A DNA stretch of 64,000 bases from an uncultured delta proteobacterium (GCA_963724765.1 CAVRVY010000003.1:1120001-1184000), one strand, 5' to 3'. Positions 30,957 to 40,570 are shown, counted from the stretch's first letter. The notes: a model not told the origin generated them from the letters alone. Made by a program: numbers and translations.

Positions 30957-31125
30957 GCCGCCGGGAGGCCGCCGCTTTAGCAGCGGCCTCCCGGCGGCTG
31001 GCCCGCGCGCGGCACGGGTTCCGGCCGTGCATCACGGCCGGAATCGTGCCGCGCTTCCCCCCGGAGTGCCGCTACGCGCAGCAAGCGCGTAGCGGCAAAG
31101 CCAGCGGCGCGATCGCGCCGCTGGC
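30957..31125. other. Array of four consecutive long GC-rich hairpins in the rplY-dnaE spacer
   Basis: Stems at 30957-30998 (19 bp), 31007-31054 (10+11 bp), 31067-31097 (13 bp) and 31100-31125 (26-nt palindrome). Confidence 0.85.
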
Positions 31126-31135
31126 GCAGCGCGCG

Positions 31136-31879
31136 TCAGCCCTTCTTGCCACCGCCCTTGTCGGCGGCGGCGTCTTTGGCGCCACCCTTGGCGCTCTCCT
31201 TGGCAGCGCCCTTGGCGCCCGCCTCGGCGGCGGCCGCCGGCGCAGCCGCGCCTTCGCCACCTTCGGCGCCTTCGACCGGCACGGCCTCGGCCGCAGCGGC
31301 GACCGGCGCCTCGGCGACGGTCGGCGGCAGCACGGTCACTACGGGATAGTCGGTATCGAAGATGGGCTTGATGTTGCCGGGGAAGGTCATCGCCGAGACG
31401 TGGATCACGTCATGAATGTCGAGCGCGGTCACGTCGACCTCCACCACGTCAGGAATCTCCAGCGGAAGGCATTCGACCTCGACCTCGCGCACCAGCGGCC
31501 CCAGGATTCCGCCCTCGGCCACGCCGTGCGCCTTGCCGATGAAGCGCAGCGGCACGGAGACGCGCAGCGGCTGTGTGAGATCGACCTCGTAAAAGTCGGC
31601 GTGGACGAAGTTGCCGCTGACCGGCGCGCGCTGGATCTCCTTGACGATGACGTGGCGGTCGTTGAGCTCGGGCGAACTCGACTTAAGCCGCATCAGGCGC
31701 TGGCGGGCGCTGGCCGAGACGCGCGAGCGCAACTCGGCGCCGCTTATCGCGATCGCGGTTGGCTTGGTCTTGGGTCCATAGAGCACTGCCGGGATATGCC
31801 CTTCGCGGCGCAGTCCACGGCGGCGGCTCTTGGGCCGCGTCTCTCTGATTTCGGCGGCCAGTTCGACAGTCTCCATCAC
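31136..31879 (-). CDS. rplY: 50S ribosomal protein L25/general stress protein Ctc
   Basis: LRREGHIPAVLYG, HADFYEV and ECLP..IP; Ala/Lys/Glu-rich tail. Confidence 0.96.
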   Translation of the reverse strand: MMETVELAAEIRETRPKSRRRGLRREGHIPAVLYGPKTKPTAIAISGAELRSRVSASARQRLMRLKSSSPELNDRHVIVKEIQRAPVSGNFVHADFYEVDLTQPLRVSVPLRFIGKAHGVAEGGILGPLVREVEVECLPLEIPDVVEVDVTALDIHDVIHVSAMTFPGNIKPIFDTDYPVVTVLPPTVAEAPVAAAAEAVPVEGAEGGEGAAAPAAAAEAGAKGAAKESAKGGAKDAAADKGGGKKG

Positions 31880-31894
31880 GTCCTCGCTTGAAAG

Positions 31895-31953
31895 TATTCG
31901 GCGTAAAAATATTCGGCGTAAATCATTGCGGGCAAATTAGTTCGGCGTAAATC
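31895..31953. repeat. About four copies of a ~15-bp tandem repeat in the prs-rplY spacer
   Basis: tattcggcgtaaaaa/tattcggcgtaaatc/attgcgggcaaatt/agttcggcgtaaatc. Confidence 0.75.
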
Positions 31954-31980
31954 GAATCGGAATCGGCTGCACCAGCCCTC

Positions 31981-32940
31981 TCAAGTGAAAAGCGAGCTCA
32001 CCGACTCTTCATTATGTATGCGCCGGATCGCTTCCGCTATAAGGCTCGCGACCGACAGCACCTTGAGCGAACCGAGTTCCGCCTGTGCCTTGGCGCGCAG
32101 CGGGATGGTGTTGGTGGTGATCATTTCCTTGATGCAGGACTTGTTCAGGCGCTCGCAGGCCGGATCGGAGAGGATCGGATGGGTCGCGCAGGCCAGAACT
32201 TCGGTCGCCCCGGCGTTCATTACCACTCTGGCCGCCTCGGTAATCGTGCCGGCGGTGTCGATCATGTCGTCGACCAGCAGCGCCGAGGAGTCACGCACTT
32301 CGCCGACCAGTTGCATCTCGGCCACCTCGCTCGCGCGCGGGCGGCGTTTGTCGATGATCGCGAGGTTGGCGTTGAGCCGCCGCGCAAACGCGCGCGCGCG
32401 CTCGACGCCGCCGGCATCGGGCGAGACCACCGAGACGCGGCGTCCCTCCAGGCGTTTGCGCAGGTACTGGATCAGCACCGGCATCGCATACAGGTTGTCA
32501 ACCGGGATATTGAAGAAGCCCTGGATCTGGCCGGCATGGAGGTCGACCGTGAGCACGCGCAAGGCGCCGGCGGCGGTGATGACGTCGGCGACCAGCTTGG
32601 CGCTGATCGGCACGCGTGGCGCCACCTTGCGGTCCTGGCGCGCGTAACCGAAGTAGGGAATCACGGCCGTGATACGCTTGGCCGAGGCGCGTCTCAGCGC
32701 GTCCATCAGCAACAGCAGCTCCATCAGGTTGTCGTTGGGCGGCGTGCAGATAGACTGGAGCACAAAGCAATCGCCGCCGCGCACGTTCTCGCGGACTTCG
32801 ACCACCACCTCGCCATCCGGGAAGCGACCGACCTCCGCCTCGCCCAGGCGCACGCCGAGATGCTCGCACACCTCGCGCGCCAACGCCGGGTTGGAGTTGC
32901 CGGTGAAAATCTCCAGTTCGTCTTTCGCCCGCTCAGGCAT
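31981..32940 (-). CDS. prs: Ribose-phosphate pyrophosphokinase
   Basis: [22 protein letters not shown] and [10 protein letters not shown]. Confidence 0.98.
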   Translation of the reverse strand: MPERAKDELEIFTGNSNPALAREVCEHLGVRLGEAEVGRFPDGEVVVEVRENVRGGDCFVLQSICTPPNDNLMELLLLMDALRRASAKRITAVIPYFGYARQDRKVAPRVPISAKLVADVITAAGALRVLTVDLHAGQIQGFFNIPVDNLYAMPVLIQYLRKRLEGRRVSVVSPDAGGVERARAFARRLNANLAIIDKRRPRASEVAEMQLVGEVRDSSALLVDDMIDTAGTITEAARVVMNAGATEVLACATHPILSDPACERLNKSCIKEMITTNTIPLRAKAQAELGSLKVLSVASLIAEAIRRIHNEESVSSLFT

Positions 32941-33038
32941 CTCGGCCCCTCCGGCCAAGCCAAAATCGTAATTCTTCGCGCATTATTTCTCCCTGTCCGC
33001 GCCCGGCATTGCCGCACTCCGCGAGCGGCCACGAGTGA

Positions 33039-33114
33039 TGGCTGGGCGGGAAGGATTCGAACCTTCGAATGCCAGGTCCAAAGCCTGGTGCCTTACCAGC
33101 TTGGCGACCGCCCA
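33039..33114 (-). tRNA. tRNA-Gln(TTG)
   Basis: TGGGCGGTCGCCAAGCTGG...CCAGG-CTTTGGA-CCTGG...GTTCGAATC...CCCAGCCA; conserved ispE-tRNA-Gln-prs order. Confidence 0.97.
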
Positions 33115-33354
33115 GCACGAGCCACGTCCCGATCATCCCGACCGTGCCGATCATAATGAAGGGCCATCGAGCATAGCACACGCCCACGGTATAGGCCGTT
33201 CGCACGGAGGCTCGGCGCGCCGCACGACCGCCCGCCGCCGCCCGGTCATCGGCCCGGTCATTGGATGGATCTGAGACGCGAAACTGTCGTTGCCAACGGA
33301 TCGGCCCAAACTTTATTGCCGCAGCGCGCGGCGCGCTGCGGCTTTGTGACAGGG

Positions 33355-33384
33355 ATGTTAATGGATGGTGTTTTTAGGTGTCAA
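33355..33384 (-). promoter_or_regulatory. Sigma70-type promoter followed by a GC hairpin (33318-33342)
   Basis: TTGACA-N18-TAACAT on the minus strand. Confidence 0.5.
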
Positions 33385-33471
33385 TCGCGGCTTTCGACGA
33401 AGTTCCACAAGTCGGCTCCGGTATGACCTCTTTTGGCGCGGGAGAATCGGTCCGGGCTCTCAGGCGTGCGG

Positions 33472-34386
33472 CTAGGAAAGCGAATTTACGACGTAATATT
33501 GCGCCCGTGGAAGACTCTGGCGGAGCTTGGCGGCGGCTAGAGCAGCCGCCTCAGCATTGCCAAAGATTCCGAAGACCGCGCCGCCGCTGCCCGACATCGA
33601 CGCCCCCCTTGCTCCGGCCGCAAGCAGCGCGGAGCGGAGTTCCTCGATTTCCGGATACCGCGCCATCGCCACCGCCGCCAGGTCGTTTTGCAGCATCGCC
33701 TGCGCGATCTGACCTGAGGCGATCGCGCGCAGATGCTCCGCAGGCGCGGCGCCGCTCCATTGTTCCGGCAAAAGCGCGCGGAAGACCTCGGCGGTCGAGA
33801 CCTCGACCGGCGGCACCGCGATTACCATCCACAGAGCAGTTTGCCCGATTCGCGAGCGTTCGTTCGCCATTACAGCTTCAAGTGGTGCAATACGCTCGCC
33901 CACCCCACCGACGTGCGCGGCCCGCAGTCTCAGGAAAAACGGGACGTCGGCGCCGAGCGTGAGCGCAACTCGCGCAAGCCGCGACAGGTCATCGACACGG
34001 CACAGCGCCGCCATCATGCGGAGCACCGCGCCGGCGTCGCTCGAGCCGCCGCCGAGACCAGCGCCCGCGGGGATTCGTTTGCGCAAATCGATCGCGACCT
34101 GGCTAGGGCGATGAATCTCGGCGCCGAACTCACGCAGAAATGCGTCGGCGGCGCGCCACGCCAGATTTTTTTCGCCCGTCGGGAGGTCATCGCGATCGCA
34201 GCCCAGAGCGATCACCGTATCGGCGGCGCTTTGAGGTTCTACGCGGATTTCCACCCGGACCTGGTCGCATAGCGAGACCGGGACGAAGACCGAATCGACT
34301 TCGTGGTAGCCGTCGGCGCGCCGTCCGACGACGCGCAGGAAGAGGTTTATCTTGGCCGGCGCCGGCTCGGCGAGCAGCTTGACCAT
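33472..34386 (-). CDS. ispE: 4-diphosphocytidyl-2-C-methyl-D-erythritol kinase
   Basis: PAKINLFL..RRADGYHE, KRIPAGAGLGGGSSD, GADVPFF and MSGSG. Start at MVKLL. Confidence 0.96.
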   Translation of the reverse strand: MVKLLAEPAPAKINLFLRVVGRRADGYHEVDSVFVPVSLCDQVRVEIRVEPQSAADTVIALGCDRDDLPTGEKNLAWRAADAFLREFGAEIHRPSQVAIDLRKRIPAGAGLGGGSSDAGAVLRMMAALCRVDDLSRLARVALTLGADVPFFLRLRAAHVGGVGERIAPLEAVMANERSRIGQTALWMVIAVPPVEVSTAEVFRALLPEQWSGAAPAEHLRAIASGQIAQAMLQNDLAAVAMARYPEIEELRSALLAAGARGASMSGSGGAVFGIFGNAEAAALAAAKLRQSLPRAQYYVVNSLS

Positions 34387-34460
34387 CTGTGCGTTCCTGG
34401 AACCATTGGGAGACGAGACTACGCGGCGAGGCGAAAGACGGTGCGTGTCCGCGCCGCTGG

Positions 34461-34874
34461 CTAGTGCGCGTGCGGAGGCGCGTTGCCGCCCAGGGTTGTC
34501 CGGATCCTTCGATGGACGTGGCGGTTGTCGCGCTGGATTATCACGATGAAGCCGATCAGCGTCAGGACCACGCCGGCCAGCACCAGCGCCTGCCCGGTGA
34601 GAAACGTCGCGTGATAGAAGTCCATCCGCGCGGTCGCGTAGGAGACCTGGCGCTGCGCATTGGTGAACGGCGCCAGCACCGCGCGGTCGGTGTGCGGGTC
34701 GAGTTCGTCGAAGCTGCGGTAGGCCTCGTCGGCCGCAACATCCGTATTGCCGACGACGATGCGGCTGTATTCCTGGGTGCGGGCGCGACCGATTTCCCAG
34801 TTGACGGCGCCGAGCACGATTAGCGCGAGGCCGGCCACGATTCTCCAATCGGTGTAGACGTCAGGCAGTTTCAT
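34461..34874 (-). CDS. Hypothetical two-TM membrane protein
   Basis: MKLPDVYTDWRIVAGLALIVLG...GQALVLAGVVLTLIGFIVII; two hydrophobic helices. Confidence 0.65.
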   Translation of the reverse strand: MKLPDVYTDWRIVAGLALIVLGAVNWEIGRARTQEYSRIVVGNTDVAADEAYRSFDELDPHTDRAVLAPFTNAQRQVSYATARMDFYHATFLTGQALVLAGVVLTLIGFIVIIQRDNRHVHRRIRTTLGGNAPPHAH

Positions 34875-35043
34875 CAGTGTTTGGCTGAACAATATGCGCC
34901 TGCCAGTGACAAGACAACCAGACAGACAACAACACGAGCAGACTGCTCCACAGCACCGCGCGCGCTCCAACTGCCTTTGAATTGCGCCCGCGACGCTCCA
35001 GCAGTTATCATCAATAGACCAGAGAGGATGGCCTGCGATTCCG

Positions 35044-36051
35044 GTGGATAACACACGTCTTAACTCACTGCTAGAGCGCTTTGCGGCTCGCGATCGCCTG
35101 GCCCTGGCCCGGCTGATCACGCTGGTCGAGAATCGCGCAGCCGTGGTCAGCACTGTGATGGAGCGCGTCTATCCGCACGCTGGCCACGCCTACATTATCG
35201 GGGTGACCGGCGCGCCGGGGGCGGGCAAATCGACGCTGGTCAATCGGCTCATCGCCAGGTATCGCGCCCAGCGCAAGCAGGTCGGCGTGCTCGCGATCGA
35301 TCCCTCGAGCCCATTCTCCGGTGGCGCGGTGCTCGGCGACCGCGTGCGCATGACCGACCATTATCGCGACACCGGCGTTTATATCCGCAGCCTCTCTAGC
35401 CGCGGCAGCCACGGCGGACTGAGCCGCGCCGCGCGCGAGGTCGTAAAGCTGCTCGACGCCTTCGGCTTCGACATCATCATCATCGAGACCGTCGGCGTCG
35501 GCCAGACCCAGCTCGCCGTGATGGACCTTGCCGATACCACCGTGGTGGTGACGGTGCCCGAGGGCGGCGACGGGGTGCAGGTGATGAAGGCCGGGCTGAA
35601 TGAAATCGCCGACCTTTTCGTGGTCAACAAGGCCGACCGCGAGGGCGCCGATCGGATCAAGGCGGAACTCGAACTGAGCGTGCATCTAAGCCGTCAGGAC
35701 GCCGGATGGCTGCCGCCGGTGGTGCTGACGCAAGCGGCGGCCGACCAGGGCGTCGACGCACTGGTGGCGGCGATCGCGCGCCACGCCGAATATGTCGCGG
35801 CCCATCGCAGTCCCGAGCGCGAGCGCGAGCGGCGGACGCGTGAGTTCGTTGAAGTACTGACCGCCGAGATGGAAGAGCGTACCGCGCGCGCGGTTCGCAG
35901 CGGCGGCGGCGATGGAGTCGCTGGCGTCGTAGGCGAAGTTCGCGCTGGAAGTCTCAATCCATACACCGCCGCGCGCCGCGTGATCGAAGACCGCAAGGCG
36001 CTGAGTCAACTGCTCGCGCAAGGAGCGGCCGGCGCGGCCGGACGCGATTAG
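35044..36051 (+). CDS. meaB: Methylmalonyl-CoA mutase-associated GTPase MeaB/ArgK
   Basis: GAPGAGKST, DPSSPFSGGAVLGDRVRM, ETVGVGQ and NKAD. Confidence 0.95.
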   Translation: MDNTRLNSLLERFAARDRLALARLITLVENRAAVVSTVMERVYPHAGHAYIIGVTGAPGAGKSTLVNRLIARYRAQRKQVGVLAIDPSSPFSGGAVLGDRVRMTDHYRDTGVYIRSLSSRGSHGGLSRAAREVVKLLDAFGFDIIIIETVGVGQTQLAVMDLADTTVVVTVPEGGDGVQVMKAGLNEIADLFVVNKADREGADRIKAELELSVHLSRQDAGWLPPVVLTQAAADQGVDALVAAIARHAEYVAAHRSPERERERRTREFVEVLTAEMEERTARAVRSGGGDGVAGVVGEVRAGSLNPYTAARRVIEDRKALSQLLAQGAAGAAGRD

Positions 36052-36084
36052 CCGCAAGCGGCATTGCAGGCAGCTTTATTTATA

Positions 36085-36816
36085 ATGACGACGCGCAGTA
36101 AATCACCTCAAGTTCCCGCAACCGGCCGCCTGTTCGCCATCGGCGACATCCATGGATGCCCCGACGAGCTGGAGGTGATGCTCAACGCAATCAAGCCCGT
36201 GCACGGCGACACGGTGGTGTTCGTCGGCGACTACGTCGATCGCGGACCGTCGGCGCACGGCGTGATCGAACTGCTGCTCGATCGCGAGCGCCAGGGCGGC
36301 GCCGAGTTCGTCTTCTTAAAGGGCAACCACGAGGACATGATGTGCGCGTATCTCGGCTTGCCCGGAAACTACGGCGAGTCGTTCCTGTTCAATGGCGGGG
36401 CCGCCACGCTCGAGAGCTATGGCGTGACCGAGCACAATCTGTCCGAGGCGCGCGGCCATATCCCCGACCCGCATCTCGATTTCGTCAAACGCCTGGCCAC
36501 CAGCTATCTGCGTCCGCCCTACCTGTTCGTCCACGCCGGCGTGGTGCCGGCGCTCGAGCTCGAGGAGCAACGCGTCGAGGACATGCTCTGGATTCGCCAG
36601 GAATTTATTTTCAGTCCCCATCGGCTGAGCTCGACCGTGGTCTTCGGACACACCCCGATGCGGGCCGTGATGGTCGATTTGCCGTACAAGCTGGGCATCG
36701 ACACCGGACTGGTTTACGGCGGCAAGCTGACCTGCATCGAGCTTACCGAGGGTGTGGTCTACCAGGTCAACCGCCGCAGCCGTCAGGCAAAAACCAGCGC
36801 CATCGCGCTGAGCTGA
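36085..36816 (+). CDS. Metallophosphoesterase (Ser/Thr phosphatase family)
   Basis: GDIHG, GDYVDRG, GNHE, HAG, GHTP and IDTG. Confidence 0.93.
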   Translation: MTTRSKSPQVPATGRLFAIGDIHGCPDELEVMLNAIKPVHGDTVVFVGDYVDRGPSAHGVIELLLDRERQGGAEFVFLKGNHEDMMCAYLGLPGNYGESFLFNGGAATLESYGVTEHNLSEARGHIPDPHLDFVKRLATSYLRPPYLFVHAGVVPALELEEQRVEDMLWIRQEFIFSPHRLSSTVVFGHTPMRAVMVDLPYKLGIDTGLVYGGKLTCIELTEGVVYQVNRRSRQAKTSAIALS

Positions 36817-36884
36817 AGCTCTTTTGAGATCGAGTTGAGGCTCTTTTAAGCCTGCGCCGCTCCGGCTAGTGTTGACGGTTCGGT

Positions 36885-36961
36885 GGCGACGTAGCTCAGT
36901 TGGTTAGAGCATGCGGCTCATATCCGCAGTGTCGTAGGTTCGACTCCTACCGTCGCCACCA
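36885..36961 (+). tRNA. tRNA-Met(CAT), elongator-type
   Basis: GGCGACGTAGCTCAGTTGG...TGCGG-CTCATAT-CCGCA...GTTCGACTC...GTCGCCACCA. Confidence 0.95.
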
Positions 36962-36975
36962 CATCGAAGGATTCT

Positions 36976-38103
36976 GTGCCATCAAAGACGCAATCGGTAA
37001 TCGATCCATCCAAGGCGCGCGCCGGCCATCCCTTCCACATGTTCGACGCGATTGCCGCGCAACCCGCGGCGATCGCCGAGGTCGTGGCGCGCGACCGCGA
37101 GGGTGTCGTGGCGCTGGCGCGCGCGCTCAAGCAGACGCCGTCGCTCACGCTGGCCGGGATGGGCACGTCGCTCAATGGTGCGATATACGGCGAGTACTGG
37201 CTGCGCACGATCGGCCGCATGGCTTCGGCCCGGGCGGTAAGCTCATTTGACGTGGTGAACTACGGACCCAAGCCGGCCGCGGGCGGTGCGCTGCTCGTGC
37301 TGTCGCATCGCGGATGGAAACAGTGCTCGGCGCGCGCGGTGGCTGAGGCCAAGACCGCCGGCGTCGTAACCGCTGCGATATGTGGCCAGGGGCCCAGCGA
37401 GGGCGCGCGCCAGGCGGACCATCTGCTGCTCACGACCGATCAGGAACAGTCGGCAGCGCATACCAAGAGTCTGACGACGGCGATGGCGCTGCTGTTCGAT
37501 CTCGCGCTCGAACTGCGCGCGCAAGCCGACACCGGCGACCTCGAAACCCAGCGGATGCGGGCCGAGTTCGAGGCAATTCCAGAGCTGATGCGCCGGCGCC
37601 TTGACGACGATTCGCTCGAGCGCGACGCGGCCGAGCAATTGCGCAACTACCGCCGTATCCTGGTAATCGGCGGCGGCCCCAACTATCCCACCGCGCGTGA
37701 GATCGGGCTGAAGCTCAAAGAGAGCAGCTTCACCTATGCCGAGGGGATGCAGGTCGAGGAATTTCTGCACGGCCCGTTGAGCTCGGCCGACCGCGACACC
37801 CTCGTCATCATCGCGAGCGGCGGCGGTGCGGCCGGCGCTCGCGCCGAGCAGGCGGCCAACGCGCTCGGTGAGATAGGCGCGGAGCGCCTGGGCATCTATA
37901 CCCGCGCGGGTTCGGCGCTGGCCGAGGCGGTCGAGGTTGGAATCCGGGTCGAGGGCGAGGACGAGGCGCTTAGCCCGTTCGCGTTGCTGCTCTCGCTGCA
38001 GCTTTTCACCTACTGGCTGGCGGTGAAGCGGGGATGCAATCCCGACCTGGCGCATCGCGACGATGTGCGCTACGTCAAAGCCGCCAGTCACTTTGAGATG
38101 TAG
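36976..38103 (+). CDS. Double-SIS-domain sugar isomerase (GlmS C-terminal-like)
   Basis: HMFDAIAAQP, GMGTS, AHTKS, EIGLKLKE and EEFLHGP; no glutaminase domain. Confidence 0.85.
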   Translation: MPSKTQSVIDPSKARAGHPFHMFDAIAAQPAAIAEVVARDREGVVALARALKQTPSLTLAGMGTSLNGAIYGEYWLRTIGRMASARAVSSFDVVNYGPKPAAGGALLVLSHRGWKQCSARAVAEAKTAGVVTAAICGQGPSEGARQADHLLLTTDQEQSAAHTKSLTTAMALLFDLALELRAQADTGDLETQRMRAEFEAIPELMRRRLDDDSLERDAAEQLRNYRRILVIGGGPNYPTAREIGLKLKESSFTYAEGMQVEEFLHGPLSSADRDTLVIIASGGGAAGARAEQAANALGEIGAERLGIYTRAGSALAEAVEVGIRVEGEDEALSPFALLLSLQLFTYWLAVKRGCNPDLAHRDDVRYVKAASHFEM

Positions 38104-38193
38104 CGTCGTTTTTCACTGACCGCGCACGGCGAAGAAACTCGCCGCCAACGCGCGCGCGAATCTGAAAATATCAATGCTCGCGCGGTGAAAATG

Positions 38194-38230
38194 GATCGCG
38201 AGGCCGAAGCATCGCTTCGGCCTCGCGATC
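38194..38230. terminator. 17-bp inverted repeat between the convergent SIS gene and HU
   Basis: gatcgcgaggccgaagc-atc-gcttcggcctcgcgatc. Confidence 0.7.
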
Positions 38231-38253
38231 ATCAAACTTTTGGAAACCCGCGC

Positions 38254-38541
38254 CTAGCGCGCGCCGAGCACGGCATCCTTGAGCGCCTTGGCAGGCGTGA
38301 AACGCAGGCGGGTGCGCGCCGGAATCTTGATCGCTTCGCCAGTGGCCGGGTTACGTCCCATCCGGGCCTTGGTCTTGCGCTTGCGGAAGATCCCCAGTCC
38401 CGCAAGCCGCAGCGAGCCTTCCTTCTTCAGTTCGCGCACCACGAGGCCGGTCAATTCCTCGAGCGCGACCTTGGCGTCTTTCTTGGAAATCTTAACTTTG
38501 TCGGCGAGATGCGCCGCGACCTGCGACTGCGTCATCATCAT
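38254..38541 (-). CDS. hup: HU family DNA-binding protein
   Basis: GLGIF...ARMGRNPATGEAIKIPA...FTPAKALKD. Confidence 0.96.
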   Translation of the reverse strand: MMMTQSQVAAHLADKVKISKKDAKVALEELTGLVVRELKKEGSLRLAGLGIFRKRKTKARMGRNPATGEAIKIPARTRLRFTPAKALKDAVLGAR

Positions 38542-38747
38542 CCTCCTTGTGCGAGTGCGAGTTTCGCAGACAGAGGGTGAACCAGCGCCACGTCATTTGC
38601 AAGCTGCGAGGTGAGCAAAACCCACGTTTTTCTTAAGAACCGTGACGGTTTTTCAACAGCCCCGGCTTTGAGCCGTTGGGGCAGAGCCACTTTTTCGTCA
38701 CGCGATCGGCAACGCGCGGTCCAGCGCGCAATTCGCGCACGATTTGC

Positions 38748-38780
38748 GCGCAAATTATGCGCAATTTATGCGCAATCTAT
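38748..38780. repeat. Three 11-bp tandem repeats upstream of HU
   Basis: gcgcaaattat/gcgcaatttat/gcgcaatctat, with degenerate copies to the left. Confidence 0.75.
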
Positions 38781-38790
38781 GATCGTCAGG

Positions 38791-39552
38791 CTAGTAACGT
38801 ACCTCTACCAGGTACAGTCCGGCGGCCGGCGCGGGAGCCGGCGCGAGCGCGCGGTCGCGGCTGGCGAGCAGAGCGGCGATGGTATCGGCGGGCGGCCTGC
38901 CTGCGGATTTGCCGCGACCCACCTCGACCATCGCGGCCACCATCGTACGCACCATGTGGCGCAAAAACGCGCTCGCCTCGACCCGGTAAATGAAATGGCG
39001 CTCGTCTCCATCAGGCTCGTTTTCGCGCCGCCAGCAGCTTTGCTCGACGCGCCGCACGGTGGTCTTTTCGGCCGATCCCAGCGAGCGGAAAGCGGCGAAG
39101 TCGTGCTCGCCGACGAACGTCACCGCCGCCGCGTTGATCGCGGCGAGATCCAGCGGCTCGCGCACCAGCCACGCCGAGTTGCGCTCGAACGCCGAGCGCA
39201 GCAGCCGGTTGAGCACGCGGTATTCGTAGATTCGAAGCCGCGCGTCGCGGCGCGGATCGAAGTTGTCGCCGGCCTCCGACGCCTCGAGCACGACGATGTC
39301 GTCCGGCAGTATCGCGTTGAGCGCGCGCGCGAGTTCGGCGGGATCGAATGGCCGTGGCAGCCGCGCCGCAGCGACCTGTCCGCGCGCATGCACGCCGGCG
39401 TCGGTACGTCCCGCGCCGCGCACGCGTATCGGCGCGCCGAAGATTCGCGCCAGCGCCTCTTCCAGCCGCGCCTGGATCGAATCCTGGCCGCTTTGCATCT
39501 GCCAGCCCGAGTAGTTGGTGCCGTCGTACTCGAGCTTGAGCCGGACCTGCAT
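38791..39552 (-). CDS. truA: tRNA pseudouridine(38-40) synthase
   Basis: EYDGT.Y.GWQ, GRTDAGVHA, HDFAAF and FLRHMVR. Confidence 0.97.
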   Translation of the reverse strand: MQVRLKLEYDGTNYSGWQMQSGQDSIQARLEEALARIFGAPIRVRGAGRTDAGVHARGQVAAARLPRPFDPAELARALNAILPDDIVVLEASEAGDNFDPRRDARLRIYEYRVLNRLLRSAFERNSAWLVREPLDLAAINAAAVTFVGEHDFAAFRSLGSAEKTTVRRVEQSCWRRENEPDGDERHFIYRVEASAFLRHMVRTMVAAMVEVGRGKSAGRPPADTIAALLASRDRALAPAPAPAAGLYLVEVRY

Positions 39553-39567
39553 GTTTTTTGGGCGTAT

Positions 39568-40569
39568 CTATGCGGCGCCCGGGGCTGCAACGGCGGAGAA
39601 CTTTTCCGCCACCCACACGGCGTCGAGCGCGGCCAGTCGCGCGCTATCGAAGGCGCACCATACGGACGCACCGGCAGGCTGCGCGCCGAGCATCACCAGA
39701 ATCGCCTCATGGCCGACCGCGTCGATGACGCCGGCGCTGCCCTCCTCTTCGCCGGCGACCATCAGCAGGCCGGGCGCGGCGCGCAGGCGCGCAGCCAGAT
39801 TGGCCGGGTCGGCAGGGTCGGGAATCAGCACCGTCATCGCTGAGCCATGGAGCACGGCGACATGGACGACTTCGATCAGGAGCCGCGGCGTCGCGCCAAG
39901 CAACGCGGCGGTCTGCTCGGCCAGCGCTGCGGCAAGTCCCGATGCTGGATCCGCGGGGTAGGCGTTGAAGGCGCGCTGAGTCTCACCTTCCTCCAGACTG
40001 TGAGTGCCGCTCAGCAGCTCTCGCGCCTCGCGGACGACCTCTTCTACGCCGTGGCGTCCCGCGCTGCTCGCGCCGAGCATCACAGTTGCGCACACGACTC
40101 CAGTTTGTGCGCCGGCTGCGCTGATAATCGTCGCCAGCGCATGGGCGGCGGGATGAGCGATCGCGATAACCTTGTTGCTCGCGGCGAACTCAGCGATCCG
40201 CTCCGGCGGCGTGAAGCCGGGCGCGACCACGGGTATCGACGGGATTTCTGAGGGGGCGCGCAGGACGGCGCTCAAATCGACCAGCAGCGGACCCGGGCGC
40301 GCGCGAACGATATCGGCTGCCCAGCTCGGCGCGACCGCGAGGAATGCGAGGTCGAAACGGGAAAGTTCAGCCGGTTCGTGGAACTCGGCGACTATCAGCG
40401 CCTCACCCAGCGCCTCGACAGTCTGGGTGGCGCCGCGCTCGGTCGCGAACAGCACCAGCTCGGCGCAGGGTAGAGCGCGCGCGTCGATAAGTTCGACTAT
40501 CTGCTCGCCGACCGCGCCGGTGGCGCCGACCACGGCGATCCTGAGCTCGCGGCCTGGCGCCGCGGCCAT
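39568..40569 (-). CDS. usg: Asd/USG-1-like semialdehyde dehydrogenase homolog lacking the catalytic Cys
   Basis: VVGATGAVG Rossmann motif, AHPAAHAL in place of NPNC, and leuB-usg-truA synteny. Confidence 0.75.
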   Translation of the reverse strand: MAAAPGRELRIAVVGATGAVGEQIVELIDARALPCAELVLFATERGATQTVEALGEALIVAEFHEPAELSRFDLAFLAVAPSWAADIVRARPGPLLVDLSAVLRAPSEIPSIPVVAPGFTPPERIAEFAASNKVIAIAHPAAHALATIISAAGAQTGVVCATVMLGASSAGRHGVEEVVREARELLSGTHSLEEGETQRAFNAYPADPASGLAAALAEQTAALLGATPRLLIEVVHVAVLHGSAMTVLIPDPADPANLAARLRAAPGLLMVAGEEEGSAGVIDAVGHEAILVMLGAQPAGASVWCAFDSARLAALDAVWVAEKFSAVAAPGAA

Positions 40570-40570
40570 C

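Noticed and set aside
31895-31953. Short direct repeats here and at 38748 and 46511 as CRISPR arrays
   Set aside because: Units are 11-15 bp, tandem and without unique spacers; no cas genes are present.
36885-38103. Genomic island integrated at tRNA-Met (or at the other tRNAs)
   Set aside because: No integrase, no duplicated tRNA 3' end and no obvious compositional shift.
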